Origin: a virus
Length of the DNA: 64,000 bases
Reading direction: 5' to 3' (one strand)
Virus record (IMG/VR): IMGVR_UViG_3300032360_001735
Coordinates: 6,411-70,410 of that record
The notes below the pieces were generated by a model. That model was given only the letters and a program-made list of their open reading frames with translations. It was not told the DNA's origin and did no database searches. The position numbers were made by a program, and so were the translations under genes. This document shows positions 18,778-27,438 of this stretch, piece after piece. The first letter of the stretch is position 1. Each line of letters starts with the position of its first letter.

Positions 18778-19338
18778 TTACACAGAACTCGTAAAAGCAT
18801 CCTCGTAAAAATCAAATATCATGACCACTCTGTCTTTGTCCGTGTTATTCTGCGCTTCGTGCTCAATTGTATCATCAAATATGAGGATCTCTCCTTCCCT
18901 CCAAGTCTTCGTTTCTCCACCGACCCTTAGCCAGCAATCCTTTTCGGGAATTATGACTCCGTCCTGAGTGGGCCTTGGTACAGATAGAGCTAAATGAGAT
19001 CGTATGATTCGATTATCGGCAATATAGCCAGTATGAGGATATATATGTGCGCCAGCCCTAAGCCAACTAAACCCAACTCCATGAAGGTGGCTCTGATCTA
19101 TTTTACTGAGCAATGAGGTGGTCTTGGGGTAATCCGAGGGGGAGTTGAAGAGAAATCTACCGTCTGCGTAAAGAACGCGAACCATCCATTTTCCATTGTG
19201 AATTACCTCTGGAGCGTCTTTGGTGACCGCCCAAGGGTGGAACTTTCTGCTTCCAAACTCATTAAATTCCTTGAGCGCCGTAGGGAAGATTTTAGTAATT
19301 AAATCAGCGTGCTTTAATTTTTTAGTATTTATAAACAT
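18778..19338 (-). CDS. aspartyl/asparaginyl beta-hydroxylase-like 2OG-Fe(II) oxygenase
   Basis: FSWLRAGAHIYPHTG, RSHLAL, WREGEILIFDDTIEHEAQN..DKDRVVMIFD. Confidence 0.9.
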   Translation of the reverse strand: MFINTKKLKHADLITKIFPTALKEFNEFGSRKFHPWAVTKDAPEVIHNGKWMVRVLYADGRFLFNSPSDYPKTTSLLSKIDQSHLHGVGFSWLRAGAHIYPHTGYIADNRIIRSHLALSVPRPTQDGVIIPEKDCWLRVGGETKTWREGEILIFDDTIEHEAQNNTDKDRVVMIFDFYEDAFTSSV

Positions 19339-19447
19339 AAAAGGGAAGACGCAACGCGCACCCGCAAGCACGCGTTACGTCGTTACTCCACCTTGGTCAT
19401 CCCCTTGGCACCCCATAATCTTCTTTAAAAGACTAGGTGTGGAAATA

Positions 19448-19600
19448 TTATTTTTTGCACACGCAATCGCAATCGACAACTGAGCAACTGTCGGATGAAC
19501 AACAGCCCGCATCGCAGGAACAGTCCGGACATCCGGAATTTCCCCAGTTACAGCCGATTACAAAAGCGCCAGCAAACAAAATCACTACTAATTTCTTCAT
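19448..19600 (-). CDS. small Cys-rich putative lipoprotein, metallothionein-like (50 aa, not in ORF track)
   Basis: MKKLVVILFAGAFVIGCNWGNSGCPDCSCDAGCCSSDSCSVVDCDCVCKK; start overlaps the protease stop codon. Confidence 0.7.
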   Translation of the reverse strand: MKKLVVILFAGAFVIGCNWGNSGCPDCSCDAGCCSSDSCSVVDCDCVCKK

Positions 19601-20535
19601 TTTCTATTGTCTTCTATGATTAATACTCTAGGATGAATTACACGCAACATAAACGGAAACATCTTTTTAGTTGCTTCCTTTTCTTCGTCTTTAGCCTCTT
19701 CCTTTTGTTTGGGCGTGTTTTCAACGGGCATTTTCATCAAGTCCTCCTCGCTTGGCATTGCAACCCCAGCGTCTAGCGCCCACATAATATTATGTTTTTC
19801 GCAATATTCGACCATCCTGCGAACAGGTACTATAAGGTTAAACCCTTCTCCCGCTCCACGGACCAACATTCCTACGTATCTGGCGTCATTTTTTAAATAC
19901 ACCCCGCCGCCGCTAGAACCCGGAAAAGCGGTGCAGGTTGTTTGGTCAAAAATACGCTTGTTCAATTGTTTTAAAATTCTACCGTGCTGAGAGTAGATCC
20001 CGTCTGTCATGCTGTTCGCTCCCATTTGGCCCAGCAGGGAGCCAACATGCAGGAGGTCTGTCCCGAGTGGCGGGATTTTTTTATCAAGATAAAATGTCAC
20101 GCTGCCGGTTACAAAATTGTATTTACGCACACGAAGGAGAGCCAAATCGTGTCCATCTTCGCTTTCTGAGTATTTTAACACCTCTGCGTCCATTTGAAGA
20201 CGACCAACTGTTCTGCCGTTTTGTCGAATTTCCTTGATAATCAAGGGGTCTTTAAATTCTACCAACGTCTTCGGGGAGCCATTAACTAAAACTTTTCTTT
20301 CAGAGCGAAGATTGTCTATAACGTGAGCCGCGGTCCAAACAAAATTCACCAAATTTCCCTTTGTGTCTTTTCGGGTAAATATAACTCCAGAGCCTTCTCC
20401 AGCCGACCAAGGGCCTTCTGATCTAATTGTAACAGACACATTTTGAAGGTGTTCCGCTGTTGATTGCTTCTTTTCTGCCGCAAGCGAGGAGATCGCGAGG
20501 GAGAAACCGAGGATAAGGGTTCCAAGTGCTTTCAT
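19597..20535 (-). CDS. secreted trypsin-like (S1) serine protease
   Basis: Signal peptide; TAAHV (His), DLALL (Asp), PGSSGGG (Ser). Confidence 0.9.
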   Translation of the reverse strand: MKALGTLILGFSLAISSLAAEKKQSTAEHLQNVSVTIRSEGPWSAGEGSGVIFTRKDTKGNLVNFVWTAAHVIDNLRSERKVLVNGSPKTLVEFKDPLIIKEIRQNGRTVGRLQMDAEVLKYSESEDGHDLALLRVRKYNFVTGSVTFYLDKKIPPLGTDLLHVGSLLGQMGANSMTDGIYSQHGRILKQLNKRIFDQTTCTAFPGSSGGGVYLKNDARYVGMLVRGAGEGFNLIVPVRRMVEYCEKHNIMWALDAGVAMPSEEDLMKMPVENTPKQKEEAKDEEKEATKKMFPFMLRVIHPRVLIIEDNRK

Positions 20536-20573
20536 AAATGCCTAATTATAGTAAATCTCAAGAAAGGCTTTGT

Positions 20574-21251
20574 CTAAAGTTTTTTATTTAGCCCTTCTTT
20601 CCTTCCGTATAAATCGTTAACGGGGGAAATTTTTTCTAAAAATTCATATTCATGGTTGGAGAAGAATTCAGACAACAGTTCCTTGTGTTGTGCTGTTTCA
20701 ATTAATATGTGCAGTGGGCGATTTATGGTAAGGTCAAGTCCTTCCAAGACGTATGGCTCATACCCTTCAACATCCAAACTTAAGAAGTGTACGTCTGAGC
20801 CTCTGATATTATGTTTTTTTAAAAGCTTAGATAAGGTTGTGCAGGGAACCTCTATGGGTTCCTGTTCTTTCGTGCTCCATCTATCATCAAATTTAAAATC
20901 GGGTGACTCCGGCATGCAATCATCAAAACCATCATCGACTATTCTACCGCAAAGACTATCTCCGTGGTCATCATACTGGAAAAAGCCTTTAATAGTGTCT
21001 CTTGGGTAGGAGGGCGAAACTAAGGCGCAGTGTTCCACTATTGAATTTGGCCTTCTCCTTACGCAGTCTTTATATTTGTAAATGTTGGGCTCTACAAGCA
21101 GCCCACTCCAGCCACCAACGGTTTCGTAAAGGTACGTGTTGCTCTGTTCTATTCCGTCATTCGCGCCAGCCTCTACAAAAAACCCATTGCTTATACCCTC
21201 CAAATGCGGGAGCATTTTTAGGTCGTCGCCGTGGTTAGAAAACGATCTCAC
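20574..21251 (-). CDS. FkbM-family methyltransferase
   Basis: FFVEAGANDG, GWSGLLVEPN, FLSLDVEGYE. Confidence 0.9.
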   Translation of the reverse strand: MRSFSNHGDDLKMLPHLEGISNGFFVEAGANDGIEQSNTYLYETVGGWSGLLVEPNIYKYKDCVRRRPNSIVEHCALVSPSYPRDTIKGFFQYDDHGDSLCGRIVDDGFDDCMPESPDFKFDDRWSTKEQEPIEVPCTTLSKLLKKHNIRGSDVHFLSLDVEGYEPYVLEGLDLTINRPLHILIETAQHKELLSEFFSNHEYEFLEKISPVNDLYGRKEGLNKKL

Positions 21252-21682
21252 TGCTCTATTCTTTCGTTTATTTCAGAAGACGACCTTATTTTCTCCCCAA
21301 GTCCGTCTATCATTTTAATGTTATATTTTTTTGCGACCTTCGCCTCTGGTATCTCTTCTACCCCTCTATCTCCCCCGTTAGCAAATGCTATTTCACAATC
21401 AGGATAGGACAACCTCAGGCTCTTAGCAAGCACTCCGAGAGACGAGCACACCGTTATATTGTCGTCTACGCTTAAGAACGGTAAATCTACATATTTTATA
21501 GCTTTAACTATTTTTAGCCTGTCTTGCTCATTTAGGAACGCTCTGCCCTTCTTGATTTTTGCCTGTGTGTCGTTATTAACTATAACAACTAATTTGTCCC
21601 CAAGAGCTTTTGCAAGTTGAATCATTTCCAAATGACCGACGTGAATAGGGTCAAAATACCCGCTGACTATTACAATTTTCAT
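21248..21682 (-). CDS. cytidylyltransferase-like (HIGH) nucleotidyltransferase
   Basis: SGYFDPIHVGHL, FANGGDR, SSS. Confidence 0.88.
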   Translation of the reverse strand: MKIVIVSGYFDPIHVGHLEMIQLAKALGDKLVVIVNNDTQAKIKKGRAFLNEQDRLKIVKAIKYVDLPFLSVDDNITVCSSLGVLAKSLRLSYPDCEIAFANGGDRGVEEIPEAKVAKKYNIKMIDGLGEKIRSSSEINERIEQ

Positions 21683-21689
21683 AAGCCTT

Positions 21690-21890
21690 TTATCTCCAAA
21701 TGTTTTTGTCTTCTTTTCTTTTTCTTCTCATGTAGTCGCGCTTTTGTTTCCTGCGCTTTGCTTTGTCTCTAGAGTCGTATTTGTCTTTAGCCTTCTTCGC
21801 TGCCTTTTTGCCCTTTTCGGTTTCTAGATATTTTTTCTGCGACTCATATATGTCGTCCACCAATTTTTTTCTTCTTCTTTTTCTTTTCAT
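21690..21890 (-). CDS. very basic small hypothetical protein
   Basis: 66 aa K/R-rich ORF directly downstream of the 14-mer motif and a TACTAT box. Confidence 0.55.
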   Translation of the reverse strand: MKRKRRRKKLVDDIYESQKKYLETEKGKKAAKKAKDKYDSRDKAKRRKQKRDYMRRKRKEDKNIWR

Positions 21891-21897
21891 CTCTATA

Positions 21898-21911
21898 GTA
21901 TATCGTCCACC
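21898..21911 (+). repeat. dispersed 14-mer GTATATCGTCCACC, copy 2
   Basis: Exact match to the other three copies. Confidence 0.85.
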
Positions 21912-21940
21912 TACTATTTTTTCTACTTTTTTTTGGAGAA

Positions 21941-22017
21941 TGGTACCCTCGGAAGGACTCGAACCTTCGACCCTCTGTTTAGAAGACAGATGCTCTATCC
22001 AACTGAGCTACGGGGGC
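21941..22017 (-). tRNA. tRNA-Arg(TCT)
   Basis: GCCCCCGTAGCTCAGTTGGATAGAGCATCTGTCTTCTAAACAGAGGGTCGAAGGTTCGAGTCCTTCCGAGGGTACCA. Confidence 0.95.
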
Positions 22018-22020
22018 AAT

Positions 22021-22094
22021 TGGAGCGGGTGGCGAGAATCGAACTCGCGTTATCAGCTTGGAAGGCTGGAGTAATACCATTATACGACACCCGC
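22021..22094 (-). tRNA. tRNA-Gly(TCC)
   Basis: GCGGGTGTCGTATAATGGTATTACTCCAGCCTTCCAAGCTGATAACGCGAGTTCGATTCTCGCCACCCGCTCCA. Confidence 0.95.
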
Positions 22095-22985
22095 GGTTAA
22101 TTCTGAGGCAGGCTTGTTGATTCCAACGATTTTCCCATGTTTGTCAGTTACTAAGCTAAGGTCAGAGGGCTCATATTTTTGCCAGCTTTTGTCCACTTCA
22201 TCAGGCGAGTTTGTCCAGTTGCCCTCATCCGAACACCACATAGGCCATGGGCATGGCATCGTCTGGGTGCCCGGTCCCCAGCGGGTACTCCTGAGAGCAG
22301 GCAAAATGGACACAAAATCCAAGCGAACATGCTCATAGCTAGAAAGGTCAATATGCCACAGAGACGCATCGAAATCAATTGCAAGGCCTCTGCGCTGAGA
22401 CATCCGAACAGGAATCTCTGGCTCTTCCCGGAAGACGCCCCAAAGATCGAAAAGAAGTCCTTTCTCTGAAAAGAAGTTCTCAACAGCTTCCCTGACTCCA
22501 AACAATGGGTTATTGTAATCATGGCCGGCGAAAATGCCATCCGGTTTCAGCTTCGGAAACCAAGCGTTCAGATCTTCTGTTACCGACTCATACGAATGGT
22601 CTGCGTCCAGAAACACAAAATCCAAGGATTGATCTTCGTATAGTTTAGCGGCCTCAACAGAGGGTTTCCTTATGGGGTTGATTACATGTTTAACGCGTTT
22701 AGTATTTTTCAAGAAAAGATCGTAAAGCTTTCCTTTCTTAATCACGTCCATCTCTTTGTGGTTTGCTCCGTCTTCGCTCCCCTCCCAAGTATCCACGCAA
22801 TCAAATTTAATATTCTTTTTGCTGTTTATGATATTTACAGCCATCTGAACCGAACTGCGACCAGCCCATGACCCCACCTCTACAAAGTGCGCTCCGTCTT
22901 TATTGTATTTGACGACCTCTCTGTAAAGCTGGTTGTCGCTGGGGCAGCCCCACCATCCTTCTATTTTCTCGTAAAAATGTTTCAT
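22080..22985 (-). CDS. class I SAM-dependent methyltransferase (Methyltransf_24-like) with C-terminal extension
   Basis: FVEVGSWAGRS, CVDTW, DFVFLDADHSYE, GIFAGHDY. Confidence 0.85.
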   Translation of the reverse strand: MKHFYEKIEGWWGCPSDNQLYREVVKYNKDGAHFVEVGSWAGRSSVQMAVNIINSKKNIKFDCVDTWEGSEDGANHKEMDVIKKGKLYDLFLKNTKRVKHVINPIRKPSVEAAKLYEDQSLDFVFLDADHSYESVTEDLNAWFPKLKPDGIFAGHDYNNPLFGVREAVENFFSEKGLLFDLWGVFREEPEIPVRMSQRRGLAIDFDASLWHIDLSSYEHVRLDFVSILPALRSTRWGPGTQTMPCPWPMWCSDEGNWTNSPDEVDKSWQKYEPSDLSLVTDKHGKIVGINKPASELTAGVV

Positions 22986-23983
22986 TCTACCACGGCTCTT
23001 CCTTTGTCTTCTTCCCAGTCTCTCTCTACCCTATCTACCTCTAAGTTTCTGGTGATTGCTGCATCAATTATGTAGCTTGTCATTCCTACTTCGACCATCT
23101 GAGCAAGCAGAGCTTCCATATCCTTGGGGAAACAGGTGCCTCCGAAACCCCTTTTCCCGTCTGGGCCGGGAACCATGGTGTGACTTTCGGCTACTCTGTC
23201 ATCTAGACATACCAGTTCCCTCACTAGCTCATACGACACGCCTCTCTTCGTGCAGAACTCTTCTAGCTCGTTAAAAAATGAAACCTTGGTGGCTAGAAAA
23301 CAGTTTTTCATATCCTTGCACATTTCCGCAGCGTCTGACGGTGCAAAATGTACTACGGGTGGGTTTAAGAGCTTCTCATTCTTGAATGCCAGCTTGAGGA
23401 GGAGTGATACTTTTTCTTTGAAGTCAAGGTTGTTGGGGTCGTATGTTCCGACCACCCAGTCTTTGCTCTGTCTAATGTCTTCAACCCAGTTTTTTTCGGT
23501 CAGAAACTCCGGCATAAAATTAACGCCGTGTTCCCTGCAGAACCCAACCGGAACCGTAGACCTAACTATGATGGGGACATCACCAACATTATCTTTTAGT
23601 TTTTGAATGACGCTTTCTACTATGCCCGTATGGCAGCGCCCACTTTTCTCCATTGGGGTTGGGACGCTAACAAAAATAAGGTTAGCGTTTTTAAGCTCTG
23701 ATATATCTGGGCAATAGATAGAGTTGCTGTCGGTGAAGTCTTCCTCCTTGACTTCTTTAACATCATGAATAAGGACTCTAACATTCTCGCACCCAAGGAG
23801 GCTGGTGGCTTTTCCTACATATCCATAGCCGACTATGCCTATGCTCATATTTTTGGCGACAAGGTGTCTCTTTTTACTCAATATCTCTTTCTTTGCTTCT
23901 TCTAGTTTAGCGGCGCTGACCGGCGTGCCTTCTAGTTTCTCGGAAATCTCGTCTGGCGTGAGGCTCTCTTCAGTACTTTGCAT
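22982..23983 (-). CDS. UDP-glucose/GDP-mannose dehydrogenase family protein (short phage form)
   Basis: GIVGYGYVG, VSVPTP, RSTVPVG, PEFLTE, GFGGTCFPKD. Confidence 0.9.
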   Translation of the reverse strand: MQSTEESLTPDEISEKLEGTPVSAAKLEEAKKEILSKKRHLVAKNMSIGIVGYGYVGKATSLLGCENVRVLIHDVKEVKEEDFTDSNSIYCPDISELKNANLIFVSVPTPMEKSGRCHTGIVESVIQKLKDNVGDVPIIVRSTVPVGFCREHGVNFMPEFLTEKNWVEDIRQSKDWVVGTYDPNNLDFKEKVSLLLKLAFKNEKLLNPPVVHFAPSDAAEMCKDMKNCFLATKVSFFNELEEFCTKRGVSYELVRELVCLDDRVAESHTMVPGPDGKRGFGGTCFPKDMEALLAQMVEVGMTSYIIDAAITRNLEVDRVERDWEEDKGRAVVE

Positions 23984-24022
23984 TACATCTATAATATATG
24001 ATACTAGAGGGAAAAGTCAAAG

Positions 24023-24064
24023 AAAAAACCCGCCGCGCAAAGCCAACGAAACGCGACGGGTTTT
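24023..24064 (-). terminator. intrinsic terminator
   Basis: AAAACCCGTCGCG...CGCGGCGGGTTTTTT hairpin with U-tract on the minus strand. Confidence 0.7.
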
Positions 24065-24155
24065 ATAAAGCGAACCTAGTTATTTATCACATACTGTTAG
24101 TGGCTCGCATTAATTATGACGGGGTAACTGGTGCTTAATTCAATCTCATTTCGCC

Positions 24156-24890
24156 CTACTCAACTTGCTTGCCTCCCTTGGGTAGTTTAATCTTGGCCTC
24201 ACCCTCCTCCTTGTCTAGCTTCTTCATCTCTTCTTCTACGTTAATCACGGCCACGGTGGCGTCGCTGTACTCGCTCATATAGTCGCCCTGACTGTATTCA
24301 TCAGTGAAAATCTTAGTCGTTTCTAGTTCCGTTTTCTTTCGCTCTTTAGCTTTTACTTTGGCTTGTTTTTCTCTCTCCTTGTCTCTCTTGGCTATATCCT
24401 CTGGGAAGAGCGTCTTGTCAAAGAGGAAGTCCCTAAGGTGACCGACGGTCTGTATCTTATTAAAGTCCATCAGCGTGTTATCTATTTCCACTCCGTACTT
24501 GTCTTCTAGATCGAGAAGCATCTCAATGGCTTCAAGAGAGTCTAAGTCGAGGTCCTCCTTAAGTCTAGACTTTAAGGTGACTTTTACCCCTTCTTGAGCC
24601 ACGTTTAGTGCGATTTCCTCCTTGAGAACCTTAGAGAAGAGTTTTTTGTCTGGACAAAGACCCATATTTACCCCGCCAACGATTTTGCTGGCCGTGGGCT
24701 TACTAACGGCCTTTTTCTTTGGCTTTGATGGATTCTTTTTGCCTTTGGTGCGGCGAGAGCCGTAAACGATTTCGTCTGGCCACGTGCTGGGGTCGGAACT
24801 GTCTACCGCTGGCTTGTGGCTAACAACATTGCGAGACACCTTGTCGCCGAGCTTAACTGGTTTTTTCTTGCTGTTCTTTTTCGGTTTCAT
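24156..24890 (-). CDS. acyl carrier protein domain embedded in a larger K-rich protein
   Basis: Central LKEDLDLDSLEAIEMLLDLEDKYGVEI...IQTVGHL (DSL phosphopantetheine site). Confidence 0.8.
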   Translation of the reverse strand: MKPKKNSKKKPVKLGDKVSRNVVSHKPAVDSSDPSTWPDEIVYGSRRTKGKKNPSKPKKKAVSKPTASKIVGGVNMGLCPDKKLFSKVLKEEIALNVAQEGVKVTLKSRLKEDLDLDSLEAIEMLLDLEDKYGVEIDNTLMDFNKIQTVGHLRDFLFDKTLFPEDIAKRDKEREKQAKVKAKERKKTELETTKIFTDEYSQGDYMSEYSDATVAVINVEEEMKKLDKEEGEAKIKLPKGGKQVE

Positions 24891-25134
24891 TCTTCTTCTC
24901 TATTAGGGTTAGATTCAATTTGGAGCACATAATTTTATACTGTTCTATATGTTCGGGTTTAACCTGATTTGCTGCGCATGTCAATTTATGATGTAATGCG
25001 GGTAGTTTTGTTGCGGCTATGGTATCCATGTCTATGTCTTTCATGCCTCCAAACGGAAACAAATTATTAACTACATACAAAACAATCCCTTTCTCTTCGT
25101 CTGTTAAAGTGTTTAGGACATGCCTATAAATCAT
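24853..25134 (-). CDS. hypothetical protein
   Basis: 93 aa ORF between acpS and the ACP-domain gene. Confidence 0.6.
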   Translation of the reverse strand: MIYRHVLNTLTDEEKGIVLYVVNNLFPFGGMKDIDMDTIAATKLPALHHKLTCAANQVKPEHIEQYKIMCSKLNLTLIEKKNETEKEQQEKTS

Positions 25135-25511
25135 TCCCAGCTTTCCACGATTGTCGTCGCTGTTGCATACTCTCTAGTGTGACTCACGCTCACGTGAACG
25201 TCGCACTCTAGGTTGCAAAACGTTTCTAGTGCGTACTTGCTGAACTGAATGTAAGGCTGACCCGACTCCCTTCTCCTAAGCTCTATGTGCTTCCACTCCA
25301 TCTTGGCTCCTATTCCGTGCCCAAAGCACTTAGCTGTGGCTTCCTTCGCCGCAAACCTAGCAGCAATATACTGCGCTGGGTTTTCATGAGACAAACAGTA
25401 TTCTTTTTCGTCTGCCGTCAGGATTTTATTTAAAAATCTTTCGCCCCATCTGTCAAAGAGTCGCTGAACCCTAACCACGTCAACTATATCTGTTCCTATC
25501 CCTAATATCAT
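25131..25511 (-). CDS. acpS: holo-ACP synthase (phosphopantetheinyl transferase)
   Basis: GIGTDIV, AARFAAKEA.AKCFG.GIG, SGQP, VSVSH. Confidence 0.95.
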   Translation of the reverse strand: MILGIGTDIVDVVRVQRLFDRWGERFLNKILTADEKEYCLSHENPAQYIAARFAAKEATAKCFGHGIGAKMEWKHIELRRRESGQPYIQFSKYALETFCNLECDVHVSVSHTREYATATTIVESWE

Positions 25512-25786
25512 AATATTTCCACTATTAATTGACCACCCATTGTCACTTGGACGCTCTGATTATCATTTAGCTCTTTGATTAGACGCCTGTCGTCCTCATT
25601 TATTTTATGAGCTAGCGAGCCAAAATAGTCCACTAAGATTTGTGTCTTTTGTGTTCTCTCGCATTTACAGCAGTTTCTTGAGATGTCTCTAAGGCTCATG
25701 AGGGTATTAATAGCGTCGCTATCAGCAAACTTTTCCCTGTGTTGCTGAATAAAGTTAAAAAATTTTGATCCATCGATGACTACCAT
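25508..25786 (-). CDS. hypothetical protein with CCKC motif
   Basis: 92 aa coupled ORF. Confidence 0.6.
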   Translation of the reverse strand: MVVIDGSKFFNFIQQHREKFADSDAINTLMSLRDISRNCCKCERTQKTQILVDYFGSLAHKINEDDRRLIKELNDNQSVQVTMGGQLIVEIL

Positions 25787-25787
25787 T

Positions 25788-26132
25788 CTAATAGAGTTTT
25801 TTTATTATAAAAAATAAAGACAAACTAATCAAATTAATTACCGGAAAATACAAAAAGGAAAAATCGCCGCTTAGGGTGGCTACTGCGGACAGCCAGACGG
25901 AAAGGCAAAGGGGGCAAGTGATAAGGCTTATCCAGAAGGAGTCACAGTATTTAACCCTCAAAAAATCCAAATAATCCACCTCGGAGCATAGAGCGTCATT
26001 CTCGTAGGCTGTAATATGAAAATGGAGAGAGAAGCCGAAGGCCTTGGCGTAATGCACAAACGCGTCAGTTTCAAACCATATTATTAGAGCTAACGCAACC
26101 CAACAAGATAAGACAATGAGCTCTACCGCCAT
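25788..26132 (-). CDS. DUF1360-like membrane protein
   Basis: LITCPLCLSVWLS motif and TM helices. Confidence 0.6.
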   Translation of the reverse strand: MAVELIVLSCWVALALIIWFETDAFVHYAKAFGFSLHFHITAYENDALCSEVDYLDFLRVKYCDSFWISLITCPLCLSVWLSAVATLSGDFSFLYFPVINLISLSLFFIIKKLY

Positions 26133-26133
26133 A

Positions 26134-26565
26134 CTATATTATTTCCCTGAGGCTCAGGTTGTCTAAAGATTTCTCTACCGTGATGGTCGCCATCTCGTCG
26201 CCCCTATCAATGCGGAAAGAATTATGCGACCCGAACAGGGCTGAGTGAGCCTTCATCGACTCGTTTTTCAAATACAAAAAGTCCGGAATCGCTAGATTGG
26301 CAAGGGTAAGTTTGACTTCTCCCCCCGAGCTCATGAGTTTAGGTAGGCAAACCACCCCACACTCTAAGAGTAAGTGCTCCGACGGATAGACCTTGACGGT
26401 CAACCCCGGCGAAGGGAACAACATTATGCCTGTGCTCACTTCCGCTCTCTCAAGCGGCTGAATGCTCTTACCCTCATTAGCGAAGAGCTTAAACACCGGC
26501 TTGCCTGCTTCAACCTGCTCGGGGTCTTTGGTGTGAGGGTCTAGTCTGGTAAAGTTTAAAACCAT
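26134..26565 (-). CDS. degenerate trimeric dUTPase-fold protein
   Basis: IQPLERAEVSTGI and FRIDRGDEMA match the dUTPase layout but the catalytic motifs are eroded. Confidence 0.6.
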   Translation of the reverse strand: MVLNFTRLDPHTKDPEQVEAGKPVFKLFANEGKSIQPLERAEVSTGIMLFPSPGLTVKVYPSEHLLLECGVVCLPKLMSSGGEVKLTLANLAIPDFLYLKNESMKAHSALFGSHNSFRIDRGDEMATITVEKSLDNLSLREII

Positions 26566-26570
26566 AAAGC

Positions 26571-26647
26571 TGGCGGGAGCGACGGGACTCGAACCCGCGA
26601 CCTCTGGCGTGACAGGCCAGCGCTCTGGCCGATTGAGCTACGCCCCC
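26571..26647 (-). tRNA. tRNA-Asp(GTC)
   Basis: GGGGGCGTAGCTCAATCGGCCAGAGCGCTGGCCTGTCACGCCAGAGGTCGCGGGTTCGAGTCCCGTCGCTCCCGCCA. Confidence 0.95.
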
Positions 26648-26660
26648 ACCCACCTTTCTC

Positions 26661-26921
26661 TTAGCTGTTTGTCTCCTCCATATCACTGGCGGTTACCTTG
26701 TAGGTTCTCCTAGGTCTTCCAACTCCATAGGTCGATTTACCAACCTCGGTAAGCTCGCCACGATTAACGGCGGAACGCACCTTCATTCGGATGGAGGCGT
26801 CTGTCAGGTTCTTTCCAGACGCTTCTGAAACGTCCTTAACTGTGAACACGGTAGCGTTTGTTGGCCACGTGACACGAACAGAGGGTCTTCCTCTCTTCGG
26901 TTTTTGTGTATTTTCATTCAT
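26661..26921 (-). CDS. small putative DNA-binding protein (AT-hook-like KRGRP plus winged HTH)
   Basis: KRGRP; FTVKDV...IRMKV...GEL; GRPRRTY wing. Confidence 0.6.
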   Translation of the reverse strand: MNENTQKPKRGRPSVRVTWPTNATVFTVKDVSEASGKNLTDASIRMKVRSAVNRGELTEVGKSTYGVGRPRRTYKVTASDMEETNS

Positions 26922-27003
26922 ATCTCGTCAAGATAGACCAGCTACCCGACCTTTGCAAGTTTTATTTGAGAAAAAAATAAAAGGAGGGTATGATAGGGTA
27001 AAG

Positions 27004-27438
27004 ATGACTGTCTTAGACGCCACCTCTCATTTATTCGAATGGTTCAAAACTCATGATTCCTTCGAGGAAAAAAACGTGAAGGATGTTATTCTTATATCTG
27101 ACACTCCAGAAAGAGACAAAGCAGCCTTTTTGTGTTGTTTGGACGAGCTCGTGACAAATGAGATTCTTGGAGTAACAGAAATAAAAGAAAGAAAAATTTG
27201 GGTACTCAAAAAAAGTCTAGAATCCTACGATCAAGGCGTTGATATCCCTTATCCTTTAGCTCTAGAAATAGCAAGCTGCATTGGTAGAATGTGTACGGTT
27301 CTGGGTGACCGCTCCGATGAGGCTGACCCCAAGTCTCTTACTACTAAAGACATAATGAACCTAACATTCATATGCAAAACCCTACAAGGACCGCCTGATA
27401 GTACGACAGATGCGCCACCCCCAGAAATTTCTCTTTGA
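27004..27438 (+). CDS. hypothetical protein, first gene of the plus-strand block
   Basis: Start moved to MTVLD at 27004, downstream of TTGAGA-N17-TATGAT. Confidence 0.65.
   Translation: MTVLDATSHLFEWFKTHDSFEEKNVKDVILISDTPERDKAAFLCCLDELVTNEILGVTEIKERKIWVLKKSLESYDQGVDIPYPLALEIASCIGRMCTVLGDRSDEADPKSLTTKDIMNLTFICKTLQGPPDSTTDAPPPEISL

Noticed and set aside
21763-22074. 103-aa plus-strand ORF
   Set aside because: It is the antisense reading of tRNA-Arg/tRNA-Gly and a real minus-strand gene.
24065-24155. Possible small RNA downstream of the ACP-domain gene
   Set aside because: Only one weak stem before a terminator; adequately explained as a 3' UTR.
26791-27003. N-terminal 71 aa of the 215-aa ORF in the track
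   Set aside because: It overlaps the divergent 26661..26921 gene and the promoter region; ATG at 27004 fits better.
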